A stretch of 39,250 nucleotides of DNA, taken from positions 1 to 39,250 of the forward strand of contig JANNFC010000563.1 of NCBI GenBank assembly GCA_031379405.1. The letters run 5' to 3'. The stretch is from Betaproteobacteria bacterium (GTDB taxonomy: Bacteria > Pseudomonadota > Gammaproteobacteria > Burkholderiales > SHXO01). The translations under genes and the position numbers were made by a program. Below are positions 22,838-31,918 of the stretch, piece by piece; the first letter of the stretch is position 1, and every line of letters begins with the position of its first letter. The notes under the pieces were generated by a model. That model was given only the letters and a program-made list of their open reading frames with translations. It was not told where the DNA came from and did no database searches.

Positions 22838-23476
22838 CTAGCTCGCGTCAGGCTGATTTTCGGGTCTGGCCTTCTGGAACGACACCAACTCCAGGCACGC
22901 CTCGTTGATGCGAAGAATCGTGGGAAAGGCCAACAGATCCACCTTGAAGCGCACCGCGTTGGCCACCTGCGGTACCAGTGTGCAATCGGCGAGTCCGACG
23001 GTATCGCCATGACAGTATTTACCGGTGTACTTCTCCGTAGCCAAGCGTTTCTCCAGCGCCTTGAAGCTGGTCTGCACCCAATGCGCGTACCACCGGTTCT
23101 TCTGCTCTTCGCTCACGCCAAACTCGCCGGTGAGGTACTTGAGTACGCGCGGATTGTTGAGCGGGTGAATCTCGCATGCGATGAGCAACGCCAATGAGCG
23201 CACGCGATTGCGCTCCACTGAAGACTTAGGCAACAACGGCGGAAGCGGATGGGACTCCTCCAGATACTCCATGATGGCGAGCGATTGATGCAGCAACGTC
23301 CCCTCATCATCGAGTACCGGAACCAGGTTCTGCGCATTGATGGCGGCATAAGCCTCGCCATACTGTTCGCCCTTCAACAGATGAATACCAATGTGCTCGA
23401 ATTCCAGGCCCTTAATGGCAAGTGCGATGCGCACGCGATAGGCAGCCGAACTTCGAAAGTAGTTATAGAGCTTCAT
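22838..23476 (-). CDS. maiA: Maleylacetoacetate/maleylpyruvate isomerase (GST zeta class)
   Basis: LYNYFRSSAAYRVRIAL, QSLAIMEYLEE, IACEIHPLNN, LADCTLVPQVANA, PENQPDA. Confidence 0.94.
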   Translation of the reverse strand: MKLYNYFRSSAAYRVRIALAIKGLEFEHIGIHLLKGEQYGEAYAAINAQNLVPVLDDEGTLLHQSLAIMEYLEESHPLPPLLPKSSVERNRVRSLALLIACEIHPLNNPRVLKYLTGEFGVSEEQKNRWYAHWVQTSFKALEKRLATEKYTGKYCHGDTVGLADCTLVPQVANAVRFKVDLLAFPTILRINEACLELVSFQKARPENQPDAS

Positions 23477-23485
23477 GTCTGGTTC

Positions 23486-25720
23486 CTAGGCTGTTGCACG
23501 ACTCGCCAACAATCCCGCTGCGGTCGCCATATCCTCCACGTTGTCGAACATCGGCACACCGGCAGACTCCATTCGCGCGAACCAAGCGTCCTTGTCCTCC
23601 AGCGTCCCCATCATCGAATGCATGATGGGAATGGATGATCCGTGCACGCCGTTGGCCAGACGCTCAACGACTGCCCCCGCATCCACCATAAACGGAATCA
23701 CGTGGATCATGAGGATGGCGTCGAAGTGGCCCGCCGCGTTCTGCAATGCAGCTTCCAAGGTTGCTCCGAAACGGTCTTCGCGCGCGTCGGCGAGTAGATC
23801 GATGGGATTCGCAACACTTGCCTCCGGCGGCAGAAAGCTGCGCAACTTGTCCGCGAATGCTCTCGGAAGGTCCGGTATCTGCAGCCCGCGCGTTGCCGCT
23901 TCGTCGGTACACAACACGCCGGGGCCACCGGAATTGGACAACACCAGAATGCGTTTTCCGATTCCGCTTGGATAGCGCGCGAACGCCTTGCCCGCCAACA
24001 TCAGAGCGCGCAAAGTGTTCACGCGCACCAGACCAGTCTGCCGGCAAAATTCGTCGGCCTGAGGCTCCGACATCGCCTGCGATCCCGTATGTCGAAAAGC
24101 GGCCGCCCCGCCCGCAGCGGTGCGCCCGCCCAGCAGCGCGATGATGGGTTTCCTATTCACCACTTCACGGGCGACCCGCGCGAAGCGCTCGGCATCGCCA
24201 AAGGATTCCGCGTAGAGCAAAATCACTTCGCAACGCGCATCCGCACCGAGCGCTTCGACATACTCCGTGAGCCCTATCTGCATCGAGTTGCCCACCGACA
24301 CGATGGCGCCCAGTGGCACACTAAATCGATTGCTGGCCCCGATGAGTTCCTCGGCAATGGCACCGGATTGCGACACCAATCCCACATTGCCGCCACCTGG
24401 TAGATCGCGGAAAAACGTCGCAGCGAACGGTGCGTTCTTATCGAGCAGGTTAATCGTCCCCGCGCAGTTTGGCCCCCCTATGCAGAGTGCCGCCGCTCGC
24501 GCCAACGCACGCAGTTCAATGTCGCGTGCCTTGCCCTCCTCCGCGCCCTCCGCAAACCCACCAGGAAGAATGAGAAGATTCTTATGTCCGCTGGCCGCTG
24601 CCTCTTTGGCCACCTCAAGAATCAGATCAGGCCGCACGACGACTACCGCCAATTCCGCAGCGGGCGTCACCTCGCTCAACGATCGCGCCACCGGCAATCC
24701 CAGTAGCGTGCCTCCCTTTGGATTCACCGGAACGATGCGCCCACGATAGCCGGACTTGAGCAGATTATGTAGGACGGCACCACCCGAACTGGTTGGACGA
24801 TCGCCTGCACCGACGATGGCAACGCTGTTGGGTGAGAGAAACGCATTCAAGGAGTTGGAGGGCATGAGCGGTATGGTGTGAAAGGTCCGCACCGACCCCA
24901 TCAACAATCCACGCGCCCGAAGATTGCCTTCAAGCAACTCCATTAACGGCCCCAACTTAGGCGGTGAAGCTTCGCCAGACACCGTGATTCCATACTGCCT
25001 CAACACCTCGGAGCATACCGGACCGACTGAAAGCACCGGCATGCCACGCAAGGCATTCAAACAACTCTCTCGCTGCGCCTTGGAATCGGCGTGCGCGACT
25101 AGATTTTGAATCTGACTGGCACTGGTAACGACCAGCGTCCCGACTGCTTGTTTGCCCAGTGCGGCGAGCAACCGATCGAGCGGCTCGGTATCTTGCGGCA
25201 AACTCCATCGATAAGCGGTGATCTCCATCACCTTGGCGCCTCGGGCGTGAAGGGCATCCATCAGCTCCGGATTCTGGCCGCCGTGGCGCTGGACGTAAAC
25301 AGCGCGTGCGTCCAATTTGGTTTGCGCCAATGATTTCAGAAGCGTCTCGCTTGTAAACGGCGCTGTAGCACTCACATCAATACGGATCTGGCGTTTGCGT
25401 AACGCGGCGCTTGGTTTTGGTCCGCGCACCGCCACCGTCGAGCGATCGAGCAGCGCTCGGAATTGTGGAAGAAGATTCAGTCTCTCCAGGGCGTTAAATA
25501 ACGCATCGACCCCGACGCCGGTTTGAAAGATCACCAAGGCATTGTCGGCATTCTCCCATTGTGTGATCCATTCGCGAAGTTGTTCTGGATCGATGTCGGG
25601 CTGCTCGGCGAGAGCGGGGGCGTGTAACGGTACCGCGCCAAGGCGGGCGATGAGTTTGCCCAATTGTTCTCCGGCGCGGCTTTCCAAGAATGCGACGACG
25701 GGGGCGGTTTGCGTGGACAT
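23486..25720 (-). CDS. Fusion ORF: N-terminal uroporphyrinogen-III synthase (HemD)-like domain + C-terminal ADP-forming acyl-CoA synthetase alpha subunit (CoA-binding + ligase domains)
   Basis: HemD part: AFLESR, FQTGVG, VRGPKP, AYRW, VTSASQ, VGPVCS, PPKLGPLM. From Met at 24865: PNSVAIVGAG, PVNPKG, GPNCAG, SQSGA, SVGN, phospho-His RHTGS, SNSGGPG, NPIDL. No stop between the two; start 25720 or 25759. Confidence 0.85.
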   Translation of the reverse strand: MSTQTAPVVAFLESRAGEQLGKLIARLGAVPLHAPALAEQPDIDPEQLREWITQWENADNALVIFQTGVGVDALFNALERLNLLPQFRALLDRSTVAVRGPKPSAALRKRQIRIDVSATAPFTSETLLKSLAQTKLDARAVYVQRHGGQNPELMDALHARGAKVMEITAYRWSLPQDTEPLDRLLAALGKQAVGTLVVTSASQIQNLVAHADSKAQRESCLNALRGMPVLSVGPVCSEVLRQYGITVSGEASPPKLGPLMELLEGNLRARGLLMGSVRTFHTIPLMPSNSLNAFLSPNSVAIVGAGDRPTSSGGAVLHNLLKSGYRGRIVPVNPKGGTLLGLPVARSLSEVTPAAELAVVVVRPDLILEVAKEAAASGHKNLLILPGGFAEGAEEGKARDIELRALARAAALCIGGPNCAGTINLLDKNAPFAATFFRDLPGGGNVGLVSQSGAIAEELIGASNRFSVPLGAIVSVGNSMQIGLTEYVEALGADARCEVILLYAESFGDAERFARVAREVVNRKPIIALLGGRTAAGGAAAFRHTGSQAMSEPQADEFCRQTGLVRVNTLRALMLAGKAFARYPSGIGKRILVLSNSGGPGVLCTDEAATRGLQIPDLPRAFADKLRSFLPPEASVANPIDLLADAREDRFGATLEAALQNAAGHFDAILMIHVIPFMVDAGAVVERLANGVHGSSIPIMHSMMGTLEDKDAWFARMESAGVPMFDNVEDMATAAGLLASRATA

Positions 25721-25782
25721 GCGAGTTCCATGTGTTGCGAGGAAACGCGATTCTGCCATGGCTGTGGTTTGCGCACATCGCC

Positions 25783-25834
25783 CGTAGGATGGGATGAGCG
25801 CAGGCGAATCCCATCACCGTCACCCCATCCTACG
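25783..25834. repeat. GTAG-type REP doublet (REPIN-like)
   Basis: CGTAGGATGGG (25783-25793) ... CCCATCCTACG (25824-25834) inverted pair; inner stem GATGGGAT/ATCCCATC; the right GTAG supplies the nasA TAG. Confidence 0.8.
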
Positions 25835-28595
25835 AGAATGCGACCTCGGCAGAGACGGACTCGACCATGCGGCGCACCTCGGGCAAGCAAGACCCACAGT
25901 TGGTGCCGCATCGTAGCGTGCTTTGTAGTGTCTGCACGCGCTGCGCGGCAGAACCGGTGATCTGAACCAGGGCGGAGGTAATTTGGGAATCGGTCACGTT
26001 CAGGCAACTGCAGACGACTTTTCCGGCGGATACAAATCCAGCAGGCGCAACCGCGGTGGGCGCGAGTAAGAAACGGCGAATAGCGCTGACCGGCTCAGCG
26101 CAGATAAGCCATTCCTTGAGCCAAGCCTCGGCGGCGAGTTGCGCGCTATCGCCCGACAAACGCACGCCGTTTAGCTTACCGTGAAGGATGTTTACGCGCC
26201 GGCCGACGCCACGCCGTGCATCGTCGTAGCGCAGCACATCGGATTGAGCGAGCCCAAAACGTCGATCGATGTCTTCGATGGCTTGCAGCGAGGGCGCCAG
26301 TTTGTCGGCCAGGCGCAACAGCACGCCCTCCTCTTCACGTCCGAAAAGCACAACGGAAGCAAACGCAAACTCATGCAGCAAGGGGGTGAGCGAATCCAGC
26401 AGCGAAGCGGCCGATCCGAAGTGCGCATGACTGAACACCGCTAAGCGCCACGGCAGTTCAGCGCGCGTGATGCGCACAGCGGCGTGTTTGAGTTCCGGTT
26501 GTTTTGAGTCTTTGTCGAAGGCAGGTACCGTCAGCGAATTCACCCCGTAGATGTCACGCCCTCCCAGAAAGCGCGCACCCCAATGCATGGGAAGATAGAC
26601 CTGCCCCAAACGCAGGGAATCATCCGCCGCCGCCATCACATACACATTGCCGCGCCGAGACTCCAATCTCAAAAGGTCACCCGCTGCGAATCCTCGTCGA
26701 TCGAGGTCCTGGGGGTGCATACCGATAGCGGGTTCAGGCGCGTGATTGAACAGTTGCGCCACGGTGCCCGTGCGAGTCATGCCGTGCCACTGATCGCGCA
26801 ATCGACCGGTAGTTAAACGAAACGGATAGTGCGCGTCGACCGCTTCCGCTACCGGTCGATAAGGTGTCACCACGAAGCGCGCCTTGCCCGTGGGCGTAGC
26901 GAAGCGGCCGTCTTCGTAGAGTCGGGCCTTACCTTGGGCCTGTCCTGGAAGAAAGGGCCACTGCTGGGGCCCTGCCTCTAACTTGGCGTACGTCAGGCCG
27001 GTGATATCCAGATCTCGTCCGCGCGTGCTTTCCCGATGCTCCATCCATACCGATTCGGTCGAGTCATAGGCAAACAAGCTCGGCTTGCCTGGGCGCAAGC
27101 GCGCTTCAAGTTTTTTCGCAAAATCGCGTGCGATCTCCCAGTCAGGGCGCGCTTTCCCCGGCGCCGGGACGGCGGCACGCACGCGCGAAATGCGGCGCTC
27201 GGAATTCGTCACCGTGCCCTCTTTTTCTCCCCAACTGGCCGCCGGCAACAACACGTCGGCGTACCAAGTGGTTTCCGTGTTGCGATAGGCTTCTTGCACC
27301 ACCACAAATTCGGCGTTGCGCAGCGCTTCATGCACTGCCGCTTGATAAGGCATCGATTGAGCCGGATTTGTACACGCAATCCACACCGCATGAATCGCTT
27401 TGGTGCGCAATCCTTCAAACAATTCGACGGCGGTCTTTCCGGGCAATGCCGGAACTGCCTCGACCCCCCAATGACGCGCCACTTGCGCGCGGTGTTCGGC
27501 GTTGGACAGATCGCGATGACCAGACAGCAAGTTCGCCATGCCACCCACCTCCCGCCCGCCCATTGCATTGGGCTGTCCAGTCAAGCTGAAGGGACCGGCA
27601 CCGGGTCTGCCGATTTGTCCGGTAGCCAGGTGCAAATTGATGAGCGCGGCGTTCTTCGCTGTGCCGGACGTGGATTGATTCAGCCCCTGACAGTAGAGCG
27701 ATAAGGTGGCGGCCGATTCACCGAACCACTGGGCAGCAAGCACTAGGTCGGCCTCGCTGATACCGCAAATTTCGGCTACGGCCTTGGGTGTGAACTCGCG
27801 CACGGATGCCTTCAGTGCTTCGAATCCTTCGGTATGCGCCGTGATGAAGTTGCGATCGATCAAGTCCTCCCATAACAGCACGTGCAACATGCCGTTGAAC
27901 AGCGCGACATCGGTTCCAGGCAAAATGGCAAGGTGCAGATCGGCTTCCCGTGCGGTTTCGGTCTTACGCGGATCCACGACAATCACTCGCATCTCCGGCC
28001 GCGAGGCCTTCGCCGCCTCGATGCGGCGATAAAGGATCGGATGCGCGTACGCCGTGTTCGATCCGGCGATGAACAAACACTGCGCTTCTTCAATATCCTC
28101 GTACGAGCAAGGCGGCGCATCGGCGCCAAGCGTTTGTTTGTAGCCCGCCACCGCCGAAGACATGCACAGACGCGAGTTGGAATCGATATTGTTGGTGCCG
28201 ATCAGTCCCTTCGCCAGCTTGTTGAAGACGTAATAGTCCTCCGTCAGCATCTGGCCGGAGATGTAGAACGCCACGGCGTCAGGTCCGTGCTCTTCGATGA
28301 TCTTTCGAAAGCGCATGACCGAATAGTCCAGCGCATCATCCCAAGTCGTGCGCGCACGCGGCACGTTGCGCGCCGTACGCAATTCGGGATGTAGCAAGCG
28401 CGAGTTGCGCAGCGCCGGCCGCTGGGTCAGATGCAAGGTGGAACCCTTGGAGCACAGCTTTCCAAAATTGGCTGGGTGGTCCGGATCGCCCCGCACGCCG
28501 GTAATGCCAGCGCCGTCGGTTTCGATGATCACGCCGCAGCCCACTCCGCAGTAGCAGCAGGTGGACTTCACCTCCGTTGGCGAGGGTGGCTTCAT
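25830..28595 (-). CDS. nasA: Assimilatory nitrate reductase catalytic subunit (Mo-bisPGD) with C-terminal BFD-like [2Fe-2S] domain
   Basis: STCCYCGVGCG [4Fe-4S] motif, LCSKG, NSRLCMSSAV, SLTGQPNAMGGRE, LTTGRLRDQWH, C-terminal VCSC...CGTNCGSC. Confidence 0.95.
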   Translation of the reverse strand: MKPPSPTEVKSTCCYCGVGCGVIIETDGAGITGVRGDPDHPANFGKLCSKGSTLHLTQRPALRNSRLLHPELRTARNVPRARTTWDDALDYSVMRFRKIIEEHGPDAVAFYISGQMLTEDYYVFNKLAKGLIGTNNIDSNSRLCMSSAVAGYKQTLGADAPPCSYEDIEEAQCLFIAGSNTAYAHPILYRRIEAAKASRPEMRVIVVDPRKTETAREADLHLAILPGTDVALFNGMLHVLLWEDLIDRNFITAHTEGFEALKASVREFTPKAVAEICGISEADLVLAAQWFGESAATLSLYCQGLNQSTSGTAKNAALINLHLATGQIGRPGAGPFSLTGQPNAMGGREVGGMANLLSGHRDLSNAEHRAQVARHWGVEAVPALPGKTAVELFEGLRTKAIHAVWIACTNPAQSMPYQAAVHEALRNAEFVVVQEAYRNTETTWYADVLLPAASWGEKEGTVTNSERRISRVRAAVPAPGKARPDWEIARDFAKKLEARLRPGKPSLFAYDSTESVWMEHRESTRGRDLDITGLTYAKLEAGPQQWPFLPGQAQGKARLYEDGRFATPTGKARFVVTPYRPVAEAVDAHYPFRLTTGRLRDQWHGMTRTGTVAQLFNHAPEPAIGMHPQDLDRRGFAAGDLLRLESRRGNVYVMAAADDSLRLGQVYLPMHWGARFLGGRDIYGVNSLTVPAFDKDSKQPELKHAAVRITRAELPWRLAVFSHAHFGSAASLLDSLTPLLHEFAFASVVLFGREEEGVLLRLADKLAPSLQAIEDIDRRFGLAQSDVLRYDDARRGVGRRVNILHGKLNGVRLSGDSAQLAAEAWLKEWLICAEPVSAIRRFLLAPTAVAPAGFVSAGKVVCSCLNVTDSQITSALVQITGSAAQRVQTLQSTLRCGTNCGSCLPEVRRMVESVSAEVAFS

Positions 28596-28963
28596 GCGGC
28601 TTCTCGTCGCACAACTTCTCGCTCAGTTGCGATGTCACCGGCGATAGGATTGTGGACGTCAAGCATCACACGCCCATTCTCCACCCGGACCGGAAAGCGG
28701 GTAACACACCCTTCGTCCGGGGCCGTTGCACAGCCGTTATCCAATCCTATGGTCCAGTTGTGCAGGGGACAGGCGACTCGATTGCCGAATACGATGCCTT
28801 GCGACAGTGGTCCGCCCTTGTGTGGGCAGCGATCCAGCAGCGCGAATACGGCGTCATCCTGCGTGCGGAATACTGCGATCTCGATTCCGTCGCTGCGTTT
28901 AACGCGGCGCGCGCCCAGCAGTGGAATGTCCTCGAGGGCGCAAACATCTAGTAACCTGATCAT
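28592..28963 (-). CDS. nirD: Nitrite reductase NAD(P)H small subunit (Rieske-type)
   Basis: DRCPHKGGPLSQGIV, VACPLHNW Rieske motifs; ATGA overlap with nasA. Confidence 0.93.
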   Translation of the reverse strand: MIRLLDVCALEDIPLLGARRVKRSDGIEIAVFRTQDDAVFALLDRCPHKGGPLSQGIVFGNRVACPLHNWTIGLDNGCATAPDEGCVTRFPVRVENGRVMLDVHNPIAGDIATEREVVRREAA

Positions 28964-28989
28964 AGTTATTGGGCTGAAAAAAATAAAAG

Positions 28990-29130
28990 GGACTTCGCGG
29001 GCGGGGTATTGACCTCGCCCTTGACTAAATTGACCAAATTGACCAAATTGACCAGAGGGGGCTACGTGAAAATCACTTCGCCCCCTTTGGAAACCCCCGA
29101 AGTTTGCCCCCGCGCCAAGAGCGGGGGGAA
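28990..29130. repeat. Multi-hairpin intergenic element with TTGACCAAA-type 9-mer x4
   Basis: 9-mers at 29021, 29030, 29039, 29048; stem CCAGAGGGGGC / GCCCCCTTTGG (29052-29090); second stem CCCCCGC / GCGGGGG; outer pair ACTTCGCGGG / CCCCCGAAGT. Confidence 0.65.
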
Positions 29131-29163
29131 TACGAGTTGAAATCTTCTCAACGAGGTTGGCAG

Positions 29164-31593
29164 TTAAACCGTCACGGCCTCAAACTGCCGCGTATCCACG
29201 CTGGCTTTTGCGGGCTCGTGCCACGGATCAGGTTCGTCTTTGAGCGCGAACTGCAGCCGTTCCCATAGTGCCAATCGCCCGGCCGCATCGTCAAGTATGC
29301 GCTTCTTGACATAGTCGATACCTACACGAGATACGAAGTGCACCGTGCGCTCCAGGTACCACCCTTCTTCGCGATACAACTGCAAGAAGGCGCCGGCGTA
29401 TTCCAACACCTCTTCGCTGGCCTTCAACTTCACCAGAAACTGCGCGACCTCGGTCTTGATACCACCGTTACCCGCGATATAGATTTCCCAGCCCGAGTCC
29501 ACGCCAATGACCCCCACATCCTTGATCCCCGACTCGGCGCAATTGCGTGGACAACCCGACACCGCGAGCTTCACTTTATGCGGGGCGTACATGCGCCATA
29601 ACGCGCGCTCCAGATCTTTCCCCATCTTGGTGGAATCCTGCGTCCCGAAGCGGCACCACTGGCTGCCTACGCAGGTCTTCACCGTACGCAGTGCTTTTGC
29701 ATAAGCGTGTCCAGAGGGCATGTCCAGATCGCGCCATACCGCAGGCAGATCTTCCTTTTTCACACCCAGCAAATCGATGCGTTGGCCGCCGGTGACCTTC
29801 ACCGTGGGAATCTTGAATTTATCGACTACGTCGGCAATGCGCCGTAGTTCGGACGCTGTCGTTTCACCGCCCCACATACGTGGTATCACGGAATAGGTGC
29901 CCTCGCTTTGAATGTTCGCATGCGAACGGTCGTTGATGAAGCGCGACTGCGGATCGTCCTTAGCTTGATGTGGCCAGGTGCAGAGCAGGTAATAGTTGAG
30001 CGCCGGGCGACACGTGGCACATCCGTTGGGCGTTCTCCACTCGAGAAAATTCTGCAGGTTCGGGATGGACAGCAGTTTGTGCTTGCGAATGGCATCGCGC
30101 ACTTCCTTGTGTGTGCGCTCGGTACAGCCGCACAGCGGCTTGGCCTTGGGCGTGGCGGAGTAGTCGCTGCCCAGCACGGTCATGAGGATCTGTTCCACCA
30201 GTCCCGTGCATGATCCGCAAGAGCTCGACGCCTTGGTGTGCTTGCGCACCTCGTCCAAGGTGAACAGTCCCTTTTCCTTGATGGCGCTGACGATCCTGCC
30301 CTTACACACGCCGTTGCAACCGCAGACCTCTTGATCATCGGACATCGCCGCGGCTTTGTTCTGTCCCTGATGCCCGGTGTCGCCGAGATTGGACTCGCCG
30401 AACATCAAACGATCGCGCAGCGCGGCGATGTTGGTGCCTTCGCGCAAGAGCTTGAAGTACCAGGCGCCATCGACGGTGTCGCCCACCATCACGCCGCCTA
30501 CGAGTTTGTCGTTTTTTATGACCAGCTTCTTGTATACGCCCGCACCGGGATCGGACATGACGATTTCTTCAGCGTCGTCTCCGCCGTGAAAATCGCCCAC
30601 GGAAAACAGATCCACGCCAGTCACCTTCAATTTGGTCGAAGTGACTGAACCGGCGTATCGACCGATGCCGAACTCGGCGAGATGATTGGCGCACACCTTG
30701 GCCATCTCGAACAACGGTGCCACCAAGCCATAGGCGATACCGCGATGATTGGCGCACTCGCCCACTGCGTAGATGCGCGGATCGTAGGTTTGCATGGTGT
30801 CGTTCACCACGATTCCGCGATTGCAATACAACCCGGCCGATTGCGCGAGTTGGGTATTGGGACGAATACCCACCGCCATCACCACCAGTTGCGCGGGCAA
30901 TTCTTCACCGGACTTGAGTCTCACCGCGCTGACATGGCCTTTACCATCGTCGACGATTTCCGCCGTCTGAGCTTCCAGTTTGAATTGCAATCCTCGCCCT
31001 TCCAGGGTCTGCTGCAACATCGCGCCTGCCGTGCGATCGAGTTGCCGTTCCATCAACCACGGCATCAGGTGCACCACGGTGACGTCCATGCCGCGTTGAC
31101 GCAATCCATTGGCAGCTTCCAGTCCCAGCAAACCGCCACCGATTACGACGGCGTGCTTCAACGTCTTCGCCGCGTCGATCATCGCTTGCGTGTCGTGAAT
31201 GTCGCGATAGGTGAGCACGCCCTCTAGCTGGGCGCCGGGCACTGGCAGCATGACGGGGTTAGATCCGGTGGCGATCAGCAAGCGGTCATACTCCACACTG
31301 GTGCCATCCTCGGCCTCGACGCGGCGCGCACGGCGGTCGATGCGCGTGACTTTTTTGCCAAGGATCAAGCGAATATTGTGCGAGGCATACCAGTGGAGAT
31401 CATTGAGCACAATCTCCTTCAGCGTTTGCTCGCCCGAGAGAACGGGTGACAACAGGATGCGGTTGTAGTTCGGATGCGGCTCGGCGCCAAACACAGTGAT
31501 GTCATAGAGGTTGGGCGCAATGGCGAGCAACTCTTCGAGCGTTCTCACGCCCGCCATGCCATTACCGATCATTACTAACCTTAGTTTTTGCAT
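29164..31593 (-). CDS. nirB: Nitrite reductase NAD(P)H large subunit (FAD, siroheme)
   Basis: IGNGMAG, YNRILLS, IGGGLLGLEAA, two BFD motifs (VCGCNGV..CGSC; LCGC..GCATC), KTCVGSQWCRFG, VSGCPRNCAE; start 31593 or 31611. Confidence 0.96.
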   Translation of the reverse strand: MQKLRLVMIGNGMAGVRTLEELLAIAPNLYDITVFGAEPHPNYNRILLSPVLSGEQTLKEIVLNDLHWYASHNIRLILGKKVTRIDRRARRVEAEDGTSVEYDRLLIATGSNPVMLPVPGAQLEGVLTYRDIHDTQAMIDAAKTLKHAVVIGGGLLGLEAANGLRQRGMDVTVVHLMPWLMERQLDRTAGAMLQQTLEGRGLQFKLEAQTAEIVDDGKGHVSAVRLKSGEELPAQLVVMAVGIRPNTQLAQSAGLYCNRGIVVNDTMQTYDPRIYAVGECANHRGIAYGLVAPLFEMAKVCANHLAEFGIGRYAGSVTSTKLKVTGVDLFSVGDFHGGDDAEEIVMSDPGAGVYKKLVIKNDKLVGGVMVGDTVDGAWYFKLLREGTNIAALRDRLMFGESNLGDTGHQGQNKAAAMSDDQEVCGCNGVCKGRIVSAIKEKGLFTLDEVRKHTKASSSCGSCTGLVEQILMTVLGSDYSATPKAKPLCGCTERTHKEVRDAIRKHKLLSIPNLQNFLEWRTPNGCATCRPALNYYLLCTWPHQAKDDPQSRFINDRSHANIQSEGTYSVIPRMWGGETTASELRRIADVVDKFKIPTVKVTGGQRIDLLGVKKEDLPAVWRDLDMPSGHAYAKALRTVKTCVGSQWCRFGTQDSTKMGKDLERALWRMYAPHKVKLAVSGCPRNCAESGIKDVGVIGVDSGWEIYIAGNGGIKTEVAQFLVKLKASEEVLEYAGAFLQLYREEGWYLERTVHFVSRVGIDYVKKRILDDAAGRLALWERLQFALKDEPDPWHEPAKASVDTRQFEAVTV

Positions 31594-31634
31594 CGCAGCT
31601 ATCTCGTCCATGGATCAATTTACGCGACATCTTC

Positions 31635-31650
31635 CGCAAGTTCGGAGCCA
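31635..31650 (-). promoter_or_regulatory. sigma54 -24/-12 promoter for nirBD-nasA
   Basis: Minus strand TGGCTCCGAACTTGCG = GG-N10-GC with TTGC. Confidence 0.75.
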
Positions 31651-31704
31651 CTTCCATTTTCTCAGTCGTTAGAGCCACTTAGCACATTTTTTCGAAAGTA
31701 CTCA

Positions 31705-31751
31705 CGCCTCATCAAGGTGCGCCCAACGTTTTTTCGCACCGCAGCAGTGCG
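31705..31751. promoter_or_regulatory. Pair of NtrC-like enhancer sites
   Basis: CGCCTC-ATCAA-GGTGCG (31705-31721) and CGCACC-GCAGC-AGTGCG (31735-31751), resembling TGCACC-N5-GGTGCA, 30 bp apart. Confidence 0.65.
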
Positions 31752-31850
31752 GGCAATGATGGCAAACACCACGCACGCTGATCGGGGCCGCAGCGGAAAT
31801 CTCCATCAAGTCAGGCAACTGTCGTATTAAGCCGCCGTCATCGACCGGCG

Positions 31851-31866
31851 TGGCACATGCACTGCA
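31851..31866 (+). promoter_or_regulatory. sigma54 -24/-12 promoter for the nitrate transporter operon
   Basis: TGGCACATGCACTGCA = TGGCAC-N5-CTGCA, GG-N10-GC. Confidence 0.8.
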
Positions 31867-31918
31867 ATAGGGAGCCTTCAGCGACAAACTCATTCGTCAT
31901 TACTCCAAGGGAACCTCC

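Noticed and set aside
22834-23010. N-terminal extension of the 546-aa ORF overlapping maiA
   Set aside because: The lipoprotein signal peptide begins at ATG 22833; the extension is an alternative frame of maiA
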